Assembly: GCA_965249555.1 (NCBI GenBank)
Contig: OZ252243.1
Coordinates: 896,001 to 960,000, forward strand
Reading direction: 5' to 3'
DNA from: Nitrosopumilus sp.
Lineage (GTDB): Archaea; Thermoproteota; Nitrososphaeria; Nitrososphaerales; Nitrosopumilaceae
DNA length: 64,000 nucleotides
Shown: in pieces, positions 19,888 to 28,908 of the stretch
How positions within the stretch are numbered: position 1 is the stretch's first letter
Layout: the number at the start of each line of letters is the position of its first letter
Notes under the pieces: model-generated
Databases searched by the model: none
Told to the model about the DNA's origin: nothing
The model's input: only the letters and a program-made list of their open reading frames with translations
Program-made: the position numbers and the translations under genes

Positions 19888-21828
19888 TTAGTTAGTTTTT
19901 GTTTCATCAGTTGGAGAAGATTCTGTTGTTTGGTCTTCAGTACCAGCACTTTGTTGTCCTTCATTACCAGCACTTTGTTGTCCTTCATTACCAGCACTTT
20001 GTTGTCCTTCGGCACCAGCACTTTGTTGTCCTTCGGCACCAGCACTTTGTTGTCCTTCGGCACCAGGAGGTGGTGATGCATTTTTGTAAAGTTCAGTTGT
20101 TACTTCGTTGACTAAAGATTGTAATGCGTCAAGTTTAGGCTGTAATTCAGTTGGGTCTTTATCTAAAACTTCTTTGACTTCTTTTACAGCATCAGTAATT
20201 TTTATTCCTTGTTCTTGAGAAATTTTATCCTTTAGATCATGGTTAACTAATTTTTCGGTAGTGTAAATATAACTCTCTGCTTCATTTTTAAGATCAATTT
20301 TTTCTTTCTTCTTTTTGTCTTCATCAGAGAATTTTTCTGCATCTTCTTTTAATTTTTCAATTTCTTCTTTAGATAGTTTTGATGAAGATTCAATAGTAAT
20401 TTTTGCTTCCTTTTGTGTTCCAAGATCTTTTGCTGTGACATTAATTATTCCATTTGCATCAATATCAAATTTTACTTCAATTTGAGGAACTCCTCTAGGA
20501 GTTGGTGGCAGATCAGTTAGATTAAAACTTCCTAATGAAACATTGTCAGTTGCCATTGGACGTTCACCTTGAACAACATGAATAGTTACAGCTGTCTGGT
20601 TATCAGCTGCAGTTGTGAAAACCTTACTCTTGGAAGTTGGAATTGTTGTATTTCTTTCAATTAATGGTTCTCTAACTCCACCCAAAGTTTCAATTCCTAG
20701 TGTTAGTGGAGTCACATCAAGTAAAACTATATCACTAGTAACATCTCCAGCAATAATTCCTGCCTGTATTGCGGCTCCCATTGCTACAGCTTCCATAGGA
20801 TCAACTCCGGATTCAGTTTCCTTACCAACAACTTCACTAACAAATTTTTTAACTAATGGCATTCTTGTTGGCCCACCAATCATTACTATTTTTTTAATAT
20901 CAGAGTTAGAGAGTTTGGCATCTTCAAGTGCTTTTGTTATAGAAGGCTTGCATCGTTCTACAATTGGTCCAACTAATTCATCCAGTTTGGATCTAGTTAT
21001 TCTTAATTCAAGATTTTTGGCACCTGTTGATTGATCATGTGCAAGAAAGGGTAAATTAACATCTGTTTCCATAACTGTCGATAATTCAATTTTGGCTTTT
21101 TCAGCAGCTTCTCTAATTCTTGCCATTGCAGTTGTATCTTGAGAAAGATCAATGCCTTCTTTTTTCTTGAATTCATCAGAAATGTAATCAATTAGAACTG
21201 CATCCATATCTGTGCCACCTAACTGAGTATCTCCAGATGTACTTAGTACTTCAAAGACACCTCCACCCATTTCCATAATTGTAACATCTAATGTACCGCC
21301 GCCAAAATCAAAGACAAGAATTTTCATGTCTTCTTTAGATTTATCTAATCCAAACGCCAAAGATGCAGCTGTTGGTTCATTGATAATTCTAACTACATCA
21401 AGTCCTGCAATTGTTCCAGCATCTTTAGTTGCTTGACGTTGATTATCATCAAAATATGCAGGAACTGTAATTACTGCTTTCTCCACAGACTCACCAACAA
21501 ATGCTTCAGCATCTTTTTTGATTTTTTGTAGAATATAGGCAGAGATCTGTTGAGGCTTGTATTCTTTATCTTGAATTTTAAAAGTATGATCAGAACCCAT
21601 TTTTCTTTTTGCTGCAACAATAGTGTTATCAGGATTTGTTACTGCTTGTCTTCGTGCAGGTTCCCCAACTAAAAGTTCACCATCTTTAGAAAATGCTACA
21701 ACTGATGGAAATGCTTTTCCACCTACAGTAGCTCCTTCTGCAGCAGGAATAATTGTTGGTTTACCACCCATTACAACTGCAGCAGCAGAGTTACTTGTTC
21801 CCAAATCAATACCAATAATTTTAGCCAT
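19888..21828 (-). CDS. dnaK: Chaperone DnaK
   Basis: [30 protein letters not shown]. Confidence 0.97.
   Translation of the reverse strand: MAKIIGIDLGTSNSAAAVVMGGKPTIIPAAEGATVGGKAFPSVVAFSKDGELLVGEPARRQAVTNPDNTIVAAKRKMGSDHTFKIQDKEYKPQQISAYILQKIKKDAEAFVGESVEKAVITVPAYFDDNQRQATKDAGTIAGLDVVRIINEPTAASLAFGLDKSKEDMKILVFDFGGGTLDVTIMEMGGGVFEVLSTSGDTQLGGTDMDAVLIDYISDEFKKKEGIDLSQDTTAMARIREAAEKAKIELSTVMETDVNLPFLAHDQSTGAKNLELRITRSKLDELVGPIVERCKPSITKALEDAKLSNSDIKKIVMIGGPTRMPLVKKFVSEVVGKETESGVDPMEAVAMGAAIQAGIIAGDVTSDIVLLDVTPLTLGIETLGGVREPLIERNTTIPTSKSKVFTTAADNQTAVTIHVVQGERPMATDNVSLGSFNLTDLPPTPRGVPQIEVKFDIDANGIINVTAKDLGTQKEAKITIESSSKLSKEEIEKLKEDAEKFSDEDKKKKEKIDLKNEAESYIYTTEKLVNHDLKDKISQEQGIKITDAVKEVKEVLDKDPTELQPKLDALQSLVNEVTTELYKNASPPPGAEGQQSAGAEGQQSAGAEGQQSAGNEGQQSAGNEGQQSAGTEDQTTESSPTDETKTN
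19942..20066. repeat. Five tandem 24-bp repeats in the dnaK 3' end (G[A/N]EGQQSA)
   Basis: ACCAGCACTTTGTTGTCCTTC(ATT/GGC) x5. Confidence 0.95.
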
Positions 21829-21834
21829 ATTTTA

Positions 21835-22398
21835 TCATCCTTTTTTTGAAATTTCCACTAATGTTGGTCTTATAACCCTATTTTTAGAAATATATCCCTT
21901 CCTGATCTCTTTTGTAATTGTGTTATCATCTAAATCAGAGTCAGTAATAGTGGATATGGCTTCGTGAAAATTAGGATTAAAAATTTCTCCCAACGCATCA
22001 ATTGGGCTTACATTATATTTTTTCAACAATGAATTCATATTTTTCAAAATAGAATTTAGGCCATCAGAATTGACTTTACTTTCAGAAAAAACGTCTTTTG
22101 CTCTAATAAAATCATCATATATTTTTAAAAAATCTAAGACAAATTCATCAATTTTAGTATTAACGCCATTTTCTATATCAGATTGGGTTTTTCGATTAAG
22201 GTTCTGAAAGTCTGCTAAAACATGTTTCAATTTTTCTTCATGTTCTGATACTTTTTGTCTTTCTAACTCTAATAATTTTGATAATTCTTCAACACCTATT
22301 TCTGTTGGTTTTGGTTCTTCAGAAGAATCAGGTTCATTTTCAGATACCACATCTACAGGAATTTCGTCAGAATTATTTTCACTTGACAAGTTAAACAA
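21835..22398 (-). CDS. grpE: Nucleotide exchange factor GrpE
   Basis: ADFQN, FNPNFHEA, KGY...RVIRPTLV; directly upstream of dnaK. Confidence 0.93.
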   Translation of the reverse strand: MFNLSSENNSDEIPVDVVSENEPDSSEEPKPTEIGVEELSKLLELERQKVSEHEEKLKHVLADFQNLNRKTQSDIENGVNTKIDEFVLDFLKIYDDFIRAKDVFSESKVNSDGLNSILKNMNSLLKKYNVSPIDALGEIFNPNFHEAISTITDSDLDDNTITKEIRKGYISKNRVIRPTLVEISKKG

Positions 22399-22427
22399 AA
22401 TTATAATTTAGCTAATTTAAATTATTA

Positions 22428-23564
22428 TTAAATAGTTTCACATAAAGGATTAGCTTTGACAATAATTAGATTAGAATCTTGTTTAGTTTTTTCAATATTT
22501 TCAAGATCAGTTTTTGAACATGCCACAACAATTGTTGTTTTATCACTATGAAAAAGATCAAAGTTTGGATCTTCATAAGATTCTACATCACCTATGTAAT
22601 CACGTAATTTTGTGGTTAAATTTTGGAGCATTTCAATTTTATCTCCACGCATTGCATGTTGATCAAGAGTCCAAGATAACGCGATTTTAGTTCTACTAGC
22701 TTTAAGATCATTTTTCTTTAATGTTGTTCGAATTTCATCAATTAATCTCTTGATATATCCATCAATTCCTTTTACACTTCCATTAATTAGATACATGAGA
22801 GTGTTTGCACCCTCAAATGAGGAACCCAGGGATTTTAGATCAAGTAGTCCGCTAATCATATCATCAAGAAATATTTCCTGAAAATCATCTGAGGATAAGT
22901 CATTTTTGGTAATTTCATCTTGTGCATACTTGCACACTTCCAAAATACTACACAAACTAGAAAATCTAGATAATGTGTTAATAGCATGAAAATGTTCTGA
23001 TGATGAAATAGCAACAAATCTTTTCTCGTTTTTACCCATAATGAGTAAATCAGATAATGTAGAATCTTCCTTTCCATTAAAAGAACCAATAATCTTTGGT
23101 TGTTGACTTAGATCTTCTAATGGATAATAAAAATATGAAATTTGTTTTCCTACCTCAAAACCTGTTACATGTTCCAGTAATGAAATATTTTCATTGTTAC
23201 CTCCAAATCCTGTTGGGAGAGTAAAAATGACGGAACTATTCTTCTTTAATGATTTTACTGCATCCTTAAATTTAGAATGAATTTCAGTTTTAGTATCTTG
23301 CCCTGTTTTTCTAATTCTTGGAGTAAAGAAAAGATATTGAGCTTTGGAAATAGCTACGTCAATTGGTTCCATGGCTAATAATGGCTCATCTTCTTTTAGA
23401 GAAGACACATTTGGGTAAGTTTTAGCTATTTCTGCTTTAAGTGAAATTGCTGAAGGAGTAGACTCATCTATAATGTAAACATCAGCACCTTTTATTGCCA
23501 TTTGAGATGCAATAGCATATCCTTCTGTACTTAGGCCATAAACAACAACTTTTGTTCCCCTCAT
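22428..23564 (-). CDS. Divergent nucleotide-sugar dehydrogenase-like protein
   Basis: VVVYGLSTEG degenerate Rossmann start; overall layout resembles the family, but no GGxC catalytic motif. Confidence 0.55.
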   Translation of the reverse strand: MRGTKVVVYGLSTEGYAIASQMAIKGADVYIIDESTPSAISLKAEIAKTYPNVSSLKEDEPLLAMEPIDVAISKAQYLFFTPRIRKTGQDTKTEIHSKFKDAVKSLKKNSSVIFTLPTGFGGNNENISLLEHVTGFEVGKQISYFYYPLEDLSQQPKIIGSFNGKEDSTLSDLLIMGKNEKRFVAISSSEHFHAINTLSRFSSLCSILEVCKYAQDEITKNDLSSDDFQEIFLDDMISGLLDLKSLGSSFEGANTLMYLINGSVKGIDGYIKRLIDEIRTTLKKNDLKASRTKIALSWTLDQHAMRGDKIEMLQNLTTKLRDYIGDVESYEDPNFDLFHSDKTTIVVACSKTDLENIEKTKQDSNLIIVKANPLCETI

Positions 23565-23628
23565 TACACTTTCAGCTAGTAATAGACTAAGAAAAACTTA
23601 TTGAACTTACTACAATTACAAAAATTAC

Positions 23629-24657
23629 TTGAAAATATGGATAGATATTCTTACCCCAAAACAATTATTGTTTTCTGAATTAATAATTGAAAAATTAGGG
23701 AAAAAGCACAATATTTTGTGTACTTCTAGAGAATACGAAGAAGTTACAAAATTAGCAAAAATACGTAATTTTGACCTTATTTTTGTTGGAAAACACGGAG
23801 GAGCTGATAAAACAGCTAAACTTCAAGCCAGTATTGATAGAAAAGGAAAGCTTTCTAGAAAAATCAAGGCATTTTCTCCAGATATAACAATTAGTTTTTG
23901 TTCCCCCGAAGCAGCAAGGATTTCATTCGGTTTAGGAATAAGACATGTAGCATTTTGTGATTCACCACATGCTGATGCAGTTATGCGATTAACATTGCCT
24001 TTAATTCAAAAATTACTCATTCCAAGTGTTATCCCAAAAAATGAATTTTCTAAATATGGAATTGATAAGAAGAATATCATATCATACAAAGCAATAGATG
24101 CAGCTGTTACCATCAAAAGAAAAATAAATCAAGAAGAGTCATTGCCATTTAAAAAGAACAAAAGAAAAAATATTTTGATCAGAGTCGAAGAAGAAGAAGC
24201 GGCATATACATCAAAATCAAGTAAAATAATTCCAATTATTAAACAAATTGTAGAAGAGTATAGTGAAGAAAATATTGTAATTTTATGTAGATACACTAAA
24301 CAAATTCAAAATCTTCAAAAAAGATTTGGTAAAAAAGCTAAAATTGTAAAAATGTCATTTGATGGAAAACATTTGTTAAGCAATACAGATGTTTTTATTG
24401 GATCTGGTGGTACGATGACTGCAGAATCCGCTTTAATGGGAATTCCAACAATATCTTATAACGCAGTTCCAAATATCATTGAGAATTTTTTGGTAAAAAA
24501 ACATTTGGTGAAAAGAGAAACAAATCCAAATAAAGTTTATAATCACATTACAAAAATTTTTGGATCATCAAATAAGATGAGTCAAAAAAGAGCAAAAATA
24601 ATTGTAGAACAAATGGAAGATCCTATACAAAAATTGATCAAAGTAATCAAAGAATAA
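23629..24657 (+). CDS. DUF354 family glycosyltransferase-like protein
   Basis: KIWIDILTPKQ, GKHGG, SPEAARISFGLG, GSGGTMTAESALMGIP. Confidence 0.88.
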   Translation: MKIWIDILTPKQLLFSELIIEKLGKKHNILCTSREYEEVTKLAKIRNFDLIFVGKHGGADKTAKLQASIDRKGKLSRKIKAFSPDITISFCSPEAARISFGLGIRHVAFCDSPHADAVMRLTLPLIQKLLIPSVIPKNEFSKYGIDKKNIISYKAIDAAVTIKRKINQEESLPFKKNKRKNILIRVEEEEAAYTSKSSKIIPIIKQIVEEYSEENIVILCRYTKQIQNLQKRFGKKAKIVKMSFDGKHLLSNTDVFIGSGGTMTAESALMGIPTISYNAVPNIIENFLVKKHLVKRETNPNKVYNHITKIFGSSNKMSQKRAKIIVEQMEDPIQKLIKVIKE

Positions 24658-24722
24658 TTTTAGTTAAAAGAGTCAAATTCAAATAAAAAGTTCATTAAGG
24701 GAATGAGAGTGCTGGATTTAGC

Positions 24723-24795
24723 AGCCCGGTAGTGTAGAGGTCAAGCATATGGGCCTTTGAAGCCCGTGACGCCAGTTCGAGTCTGGCCCGGGCTA
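24723..24795 (+). tRNA. tRNA-Gln(TTG)
   Basis: AGCCCGG/CCGGGCT acceptor stem (A1-U72), anticodon loop CTTTGAA, GTTCGAGTC T loop. Confidence 0.95.
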
Positions 24796-24865
24796 CTATA
24801 TTTAAAAAATGAAGGATTGCTATAACACGAATATAACATAGATAGTTTTTCTGAAATTAGGTACG

Positions 24866-25603
24866 ATGACAGACATTATTTTGGGTATGGGTGAGGTAGG
24901 AGAGACACTATTTGACTTACTTGTTGAAAGAGGATTCAATTGCATTGGAATTGATCTGGATACCTCAAAATGCAGAAACTATTCTGAAAACTCTACAATT
25001 GAGGATCCAGAATATCTTCATATTTGTCTTCCAGGAGAATTAACAGAATTTGTCGATATTACATCAAATTGGATTAGTAAGATTGAAGGGTTGAAAGTAG
25101 TTCTGGTTCATTCTACTGTAAAACCAGGAACAACAAAAAATATTCAAGAAAAATCTGAAGTTCTAGTTTTATTTTCACCAGTACGTGGAGTACATAAAAG
25201 ATTTTTAGATGATATTAAAAAATATACAAAATTTATTTCATCAGATGACAAACAAATAGATCCAGAAATAAAATCAGATTTAGAGAAAAGATTTCAAAAA
25301 GTAGATTGGATGTCAACTACTAAAACAGCAGAACTTGCAAAAATATTAGTCGATACGACATATTATGGATGGTTAATCAATTATGCCCAGATTACAAAAA
25401 TGATTTGTGAAAAAGAAGGTGTTGATTTTGATGAAATGTGGAAATTTGCTGATGAAATTCATGAAAATTTAGGCAATAGACCAAAAATGTATCCAGGAAT
25501 TATTGGAGGACATTGTGTAATTCCAAATCTAAGTTTAGTAGAATATGAAAATCTAGACATAATTAAAAAAATTAATGAATTATATGAAAAGTTCAAAAAA
25601 TGA
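24866..25603 (+). CDS. Short GDP-mannose/UDP-glucose dehydrogenase-family protein
   Basis: GMGEVG, HSTVKPGTT, AELAK, GGHCV; lacks the C-terminal domain. Confidence 0.8.
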   Translation: MTDIILGMGEVGETLFDLLVERGFNCIGIDLDTSKCRNYSENSTIEDPEYLHICLPGELTEFVDITSNWISKIEGLKVVLVHSTVKPGTTKNIQEKSEVLVLFSPVRGVHKRFLDDIKKYTKFISSDDKQIDPEIKSDLEKRFQKVDWMSTTKTAELAKILVDTTYYGWLINYAQITKMICEKEGVDFDEMWKFADEIHENLGNRPKMYPGIIGGHCVIPNLSLVEYENLDIIKKINELYEKFKK

Positions 25604-25612
25604 TTTTAATTT

Positions 25613-26374
25613 CTAAAAATCTAGTTTTGTTAATAGTCTTGATGCAATAACAAAGAGAACAGATGCAATTCCCACAAGAACTATCATTTCATAAATTACA
25701 AATTCAGTGATTGTTCCAAAAATTCCTGCTCTAATTACATCTACAAGGTAGGTTAATGGGTTTAGATAAAATGCTGTACGTAATGGCTCTGGAGCCCCAT
25801 CAGCTGGATAAAATGCTGTACTAACAAAAGCAAATAATAGAAAAACAGTGTTAATAACTACATTAAATCCCTCACTTGAGCGTAATCTGGTAGAAATTAT
25901 TGATGCTAATGAGCCAAATAATACAGAACCTGTAATGGCACCAAAAATAATTATGGGAATTGTAATAAATGAGAATTCTGCAGACTCAAAAAACACGGGA
26001 TAGCCAACTATAACTATCAAAAATGCACTCACTAATCCAATTATGCCTATGGTGCAGATATTACTAAGAATATAATGACTTATGGTAAATGGTCCTGACA
26101 TAATTTGTTCAAACATACCATGCCTTCTGTCATTCCAAATAAGAATACCAGAAATGAGTGTACTATTCATGATGTTGAATCCAATCATACCTGATGCCAA
26201 AAATGCAGGATAATCAAGATCTTTACCACCAAAAGGAACTTCATTAATTAATGGTGCATATGCAAAACCTGCAACAAAAATATAGATTAAAGGAAAAATT
26301 ACTTGCCAAATTAAAAATCCAGGATTAAGAGAAATTGTTAGATTTCTATTCACTAATCTAATTATTGGATGCAT
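25613..26374 (-). CDS. ABC-2 type exporter permease
   Basis: Six TM segments, STAFYP, NPLTYLVD. Confidence 0.9.
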   Translation of the reverse strand: MHPIIRLVNRNLTISLNPGFLIWQVIFPLIYIFVAGFAYAPLINEVPFGGKDLDYPAFLASGMIGFNIMNSTLISGILIWNDRRHGMFEQIMSGPFTISHYILSNICTIGIIGLVSAFLIVIVGYPVFFESAEFSFITIPIIIFGAITGSVLFGSLASIISTRLRSSEGFNVVINTVFLLFAFVSTAFYPADGAPEPLRTAFYLNPLTYLVDVIRAGIFGTITEFVIYEMIVLVGIASVLFVIASRLLTKLDF

Positions 26375-27296
26375 TTTCTCTCACCATATTCAAAAAGATC
26401 TCTTCTAGATTGGTTGGGACAGCTGATAGATCTTCAATCTCTATACAGCTATCATTGAGTATCTTTAATACTTGTAATAATACTAATTCTGATTGCTCTG
26501 AATGAATAACTATGTTAGTTCCAGTATCAAAATCAATTTTACAGTCTGGAATTCCAGATAAGAGTGAAGATATGTTAGATTGTTTTTCTAATAAATGAAT
26601 TTTTATAGTTTTTTCTTTTCCAAATCTATTCTTTAATGCATCAGGTGAATCAACAGTAATTATTTTTCCCTTGTCAATTATTGCTATTTCATCACAAAGG
26701 TATTCAGCTTCGGTTAGAATGTGTGTTGTATAAAAAATTGTTAATCCGGTTTTTACTTTATTTTTTAAATAATCTAATAGTTTTCTTCTAGCACCTGGAT
26801 CTAAGCCAGCAGTAGGCTCATCTAAAAACAGTAGTTCCATATCATGCATAAATTCACGTGCAACTTGGACTCTTCTTCGTTGGCCAATTGAAAGATCTTC
26901 ATTTCTTTTTTTACGAATTTCTACTAGATCAAAATCTTTCAAAAGTTGCTCCATTCTTTTTTTACGTTCAGTTTTTGGAATATTCCACATCATCCCGTAT
27001 TTATCAAGGGATTTTTCAACAGACAGAGTAGGCTCATAACTTGGTTGTTGTAAGACAACACCGATTTTATGACGAACTTGAAGAGGGTTTTTGATAGCAT
27101 TTATGCCCAAAACAGAAAGCGAGCCATTTGAAGGTGGAATTAATGTTGTTAGTAATTTGATGGTAGTTGATTTTCCGGCACCATTAGGACCTAAAAATCC
27201 AAAAACTTGACCTGATTTAACAGATAAGACAAGATCATCTACAGCTTTGACTGAACCATACGATTTTGACAGATGGTTAACATCAATACAAAACAT
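26358..27296 (-). CDS. ABC exporter ATP-binding protein (DrrA-like)
   Basis: GPNGAGKST, LSIGQ, LDEPTAGLD. Confidence 0.93.
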   Translation of the reverse strand: MFCIDVNHLSKSYGSVKAVDDLVLSVKSGQVFGFLGPNGAGKSTTIKLLTTLIPPSNGSLSVLGINAIKNPLQVRHKIGVVLQQPSYEPTLSVEKSLDKYGMMWNIPKTERKKRMEQLLKDFDLVEIRKKRNEDLSIGQRRRVQVAREFMHDMELLFLDEPTAGLDPGARRKLLDYLKNKVKTGLTIFYTTHILTEAEYLCDEIAIIDKGKIITVDSPDALKNRFGKEKTIKIHLLEKQSNISSLLSGIPDCKIDFDTGTNIVIHSEQSELVLLQVLKILNDSCIEIEDLSAVPTNLEEIFLNMVRENASNN

Positions 27297-27510
27297 AACA
27301 AAACTGCGATCATCCCACTAATTTAGTTAATGAGTCAATTCAGAACATTTTTTGTAATAATATACTAAATCTAAATGAAACATATTCAAAATTAGAAAAT
27401 TTTAGCTTTTATCGTTGAAGAACTAGTAATAAAGCGATCAATTCTAATAAAAAACGAATTTTACAATTTAATGAAATTTTTATTAATAGAACAAGTTTAC
27501 CAACAATGAA

Positions 27511-28908
27511 TTGTCTGAATTTGAAAATCTTATTGAGAAATTACTTGAACAAAAACCTGAATTAACTAAAGAAGTTGTAGAAGAGCAAATTAAACAGAAA
27601 AAAGAAAAAATTGGCGCCGGATATTTGACAGATCAAGGAGCTCTATTTTTGATTGCAGCTGATTATGGAGTCACATTATCAGAACCGCTAAAAGTTGAAA
27701 TGAGGTTAAAAGATCTATATGCAGGAGCAAAAGAAATCTCATTAGAAACAAGAGTTTTAAATTTATCACCAGCAAAACAATTTTCAAGAAAAGATGGTTC
27801 TCCATTTTATCTTAGAACGATGACCGTATACGATGAAAATTCTACGGCAAGTGTAAAGTTGTGGGATGAAAAAGCGAATCTACCAGGTGTTGAAAATCTA
27901 AAACCTGGGGATTTAATCAAAATCATAAAGGCCTATGTAAAATCAGATCTTGATGGTTCACCAACAATAAACATTGGCTCTGGCTCAAATATTGAAACCG
28001 CAGATACAGAAAGTGAAATTCCAACTATTGATACCATTACAAAAGACATTAGCGAACTACAAGAAGGACAAAAAGATCTTGTAATTTCAGGAATAACTGA
28101 TGGATTAATCAGTGGGATGGAATTTACAAATTCTCGTGGCAAGCCTGGAAAAGCACTTAGAATGAGACTAAAAGGAAAAGATGGTAGTGCAATGAGAGTT
28201 GTTCTATGGGGAAAAGATGAATCATCTATCCCAAATATGATTTCTCAATCAGCTAAAGTAAGATTACTTGGAGTTAAAGTAAGATCAGGAAATCAAGGAT
28301 TAGAAATCCATGGCAATGATGCAACTATCATTGAGATTGAAGGAGGAAAAGAAACAGAACCAGTAATTACAAGAGTTCTTTCAATATCAACAACAGAAAA
28401 TGGCAAAAAAATGATTTTAGCTGTTGATAATAAAAAAAATATCTACAACATTATTGATTCTGCAAACTCAACTAGTATTTGTGTAGAAGGAGATGTGATA
28501 GAGTGTATGCCATCAAAAGTTTATGGAAATTCAATTACATTAGATGAAAATTCTTTTGTAAGAAAATTAGACAATGATGAATCTATTCCATCATTATCTC
28601 AACTTAGAACAAAAATTAATGATGTTAAAGTAGATGGAAATTATTGTATTGAATCCATAATATTGAAAGTTCCTGAAAGACGTGAAGTTCAAACAAAATC
28701 TGGAGAATCAATAGCACTATCAGAAATGTTTGTTGAAGATGACACTGGTCAGATTTGGATAAAAGGTTGGAGAAACCAAGCTAGGATAATTGACAAATGT
28801 GAATTGGGAGAAATAGTATCAATTACAGGATTAAATGCTAAAGCAGGACTTGAAGGAAGAATAGAGCTATTTGCAACAGCATTTTCTAAAATTACAAAGA
28901 AAAATTAA
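27511..28908 (+). CDS. rpa: Replication protein A / multi-OB-fold ssDNA-binding protein
   Basis: GYLTDQGAL N-terminus, FSRKDGS, repeated OB folds with D.TG...W motifs. Confidence 0.85.
   Translation: MSEFENLIEKLLEQKPELTKEVVEEQIKQKKEKIGAGYLTDQGALFLIAADYGVTLSEPLKVEMRLKDLYAGAKEISLETRVLNLSPAKQFSRKDGSPFYLRTMTVYDENSTASVKLWDEKANLPGVENLKPGDLIKIIKAYVKSDLDGSPTINIGSGSNIETADTESEIPTIDTITKDISELQEGQKDLVISGITDGLISGMEFTNSRGKPGKALRMRLKGKDGSAMRVVLWGKDESSIPNMISQSAKVRLLGVKVRSGNQGLEIHGNDATIIEIEGGKETEPVITRVLSISTTENGKKMILAVDNKKNIYNIIDSANSTSICVEGDVIECMPSKVYGNSITLDENSFVRKLDNDESIPSLSQLRTKINDVKVDGNYCIESIILKVPERREVQTKSGESIALSEMFVEDDTGQIWIKGWRNQARIIDKCELGEIVSITGLNAKAGLEGRIELFATAFSKITKKN

Noticed and set aside
19942-20066. 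Possible CRISPR array
   Set aside because: Contiguous 24-bp units without unique spacers, in frame within dnaK; no cas genes in the window
27297-27510. Long AT-rich intergenic region as a possible replication origin or ncRNA
   Set aside because: No ORB-like repeats, no cdc6 neighbour and no stable structure recognised; consistent with divergent promoters
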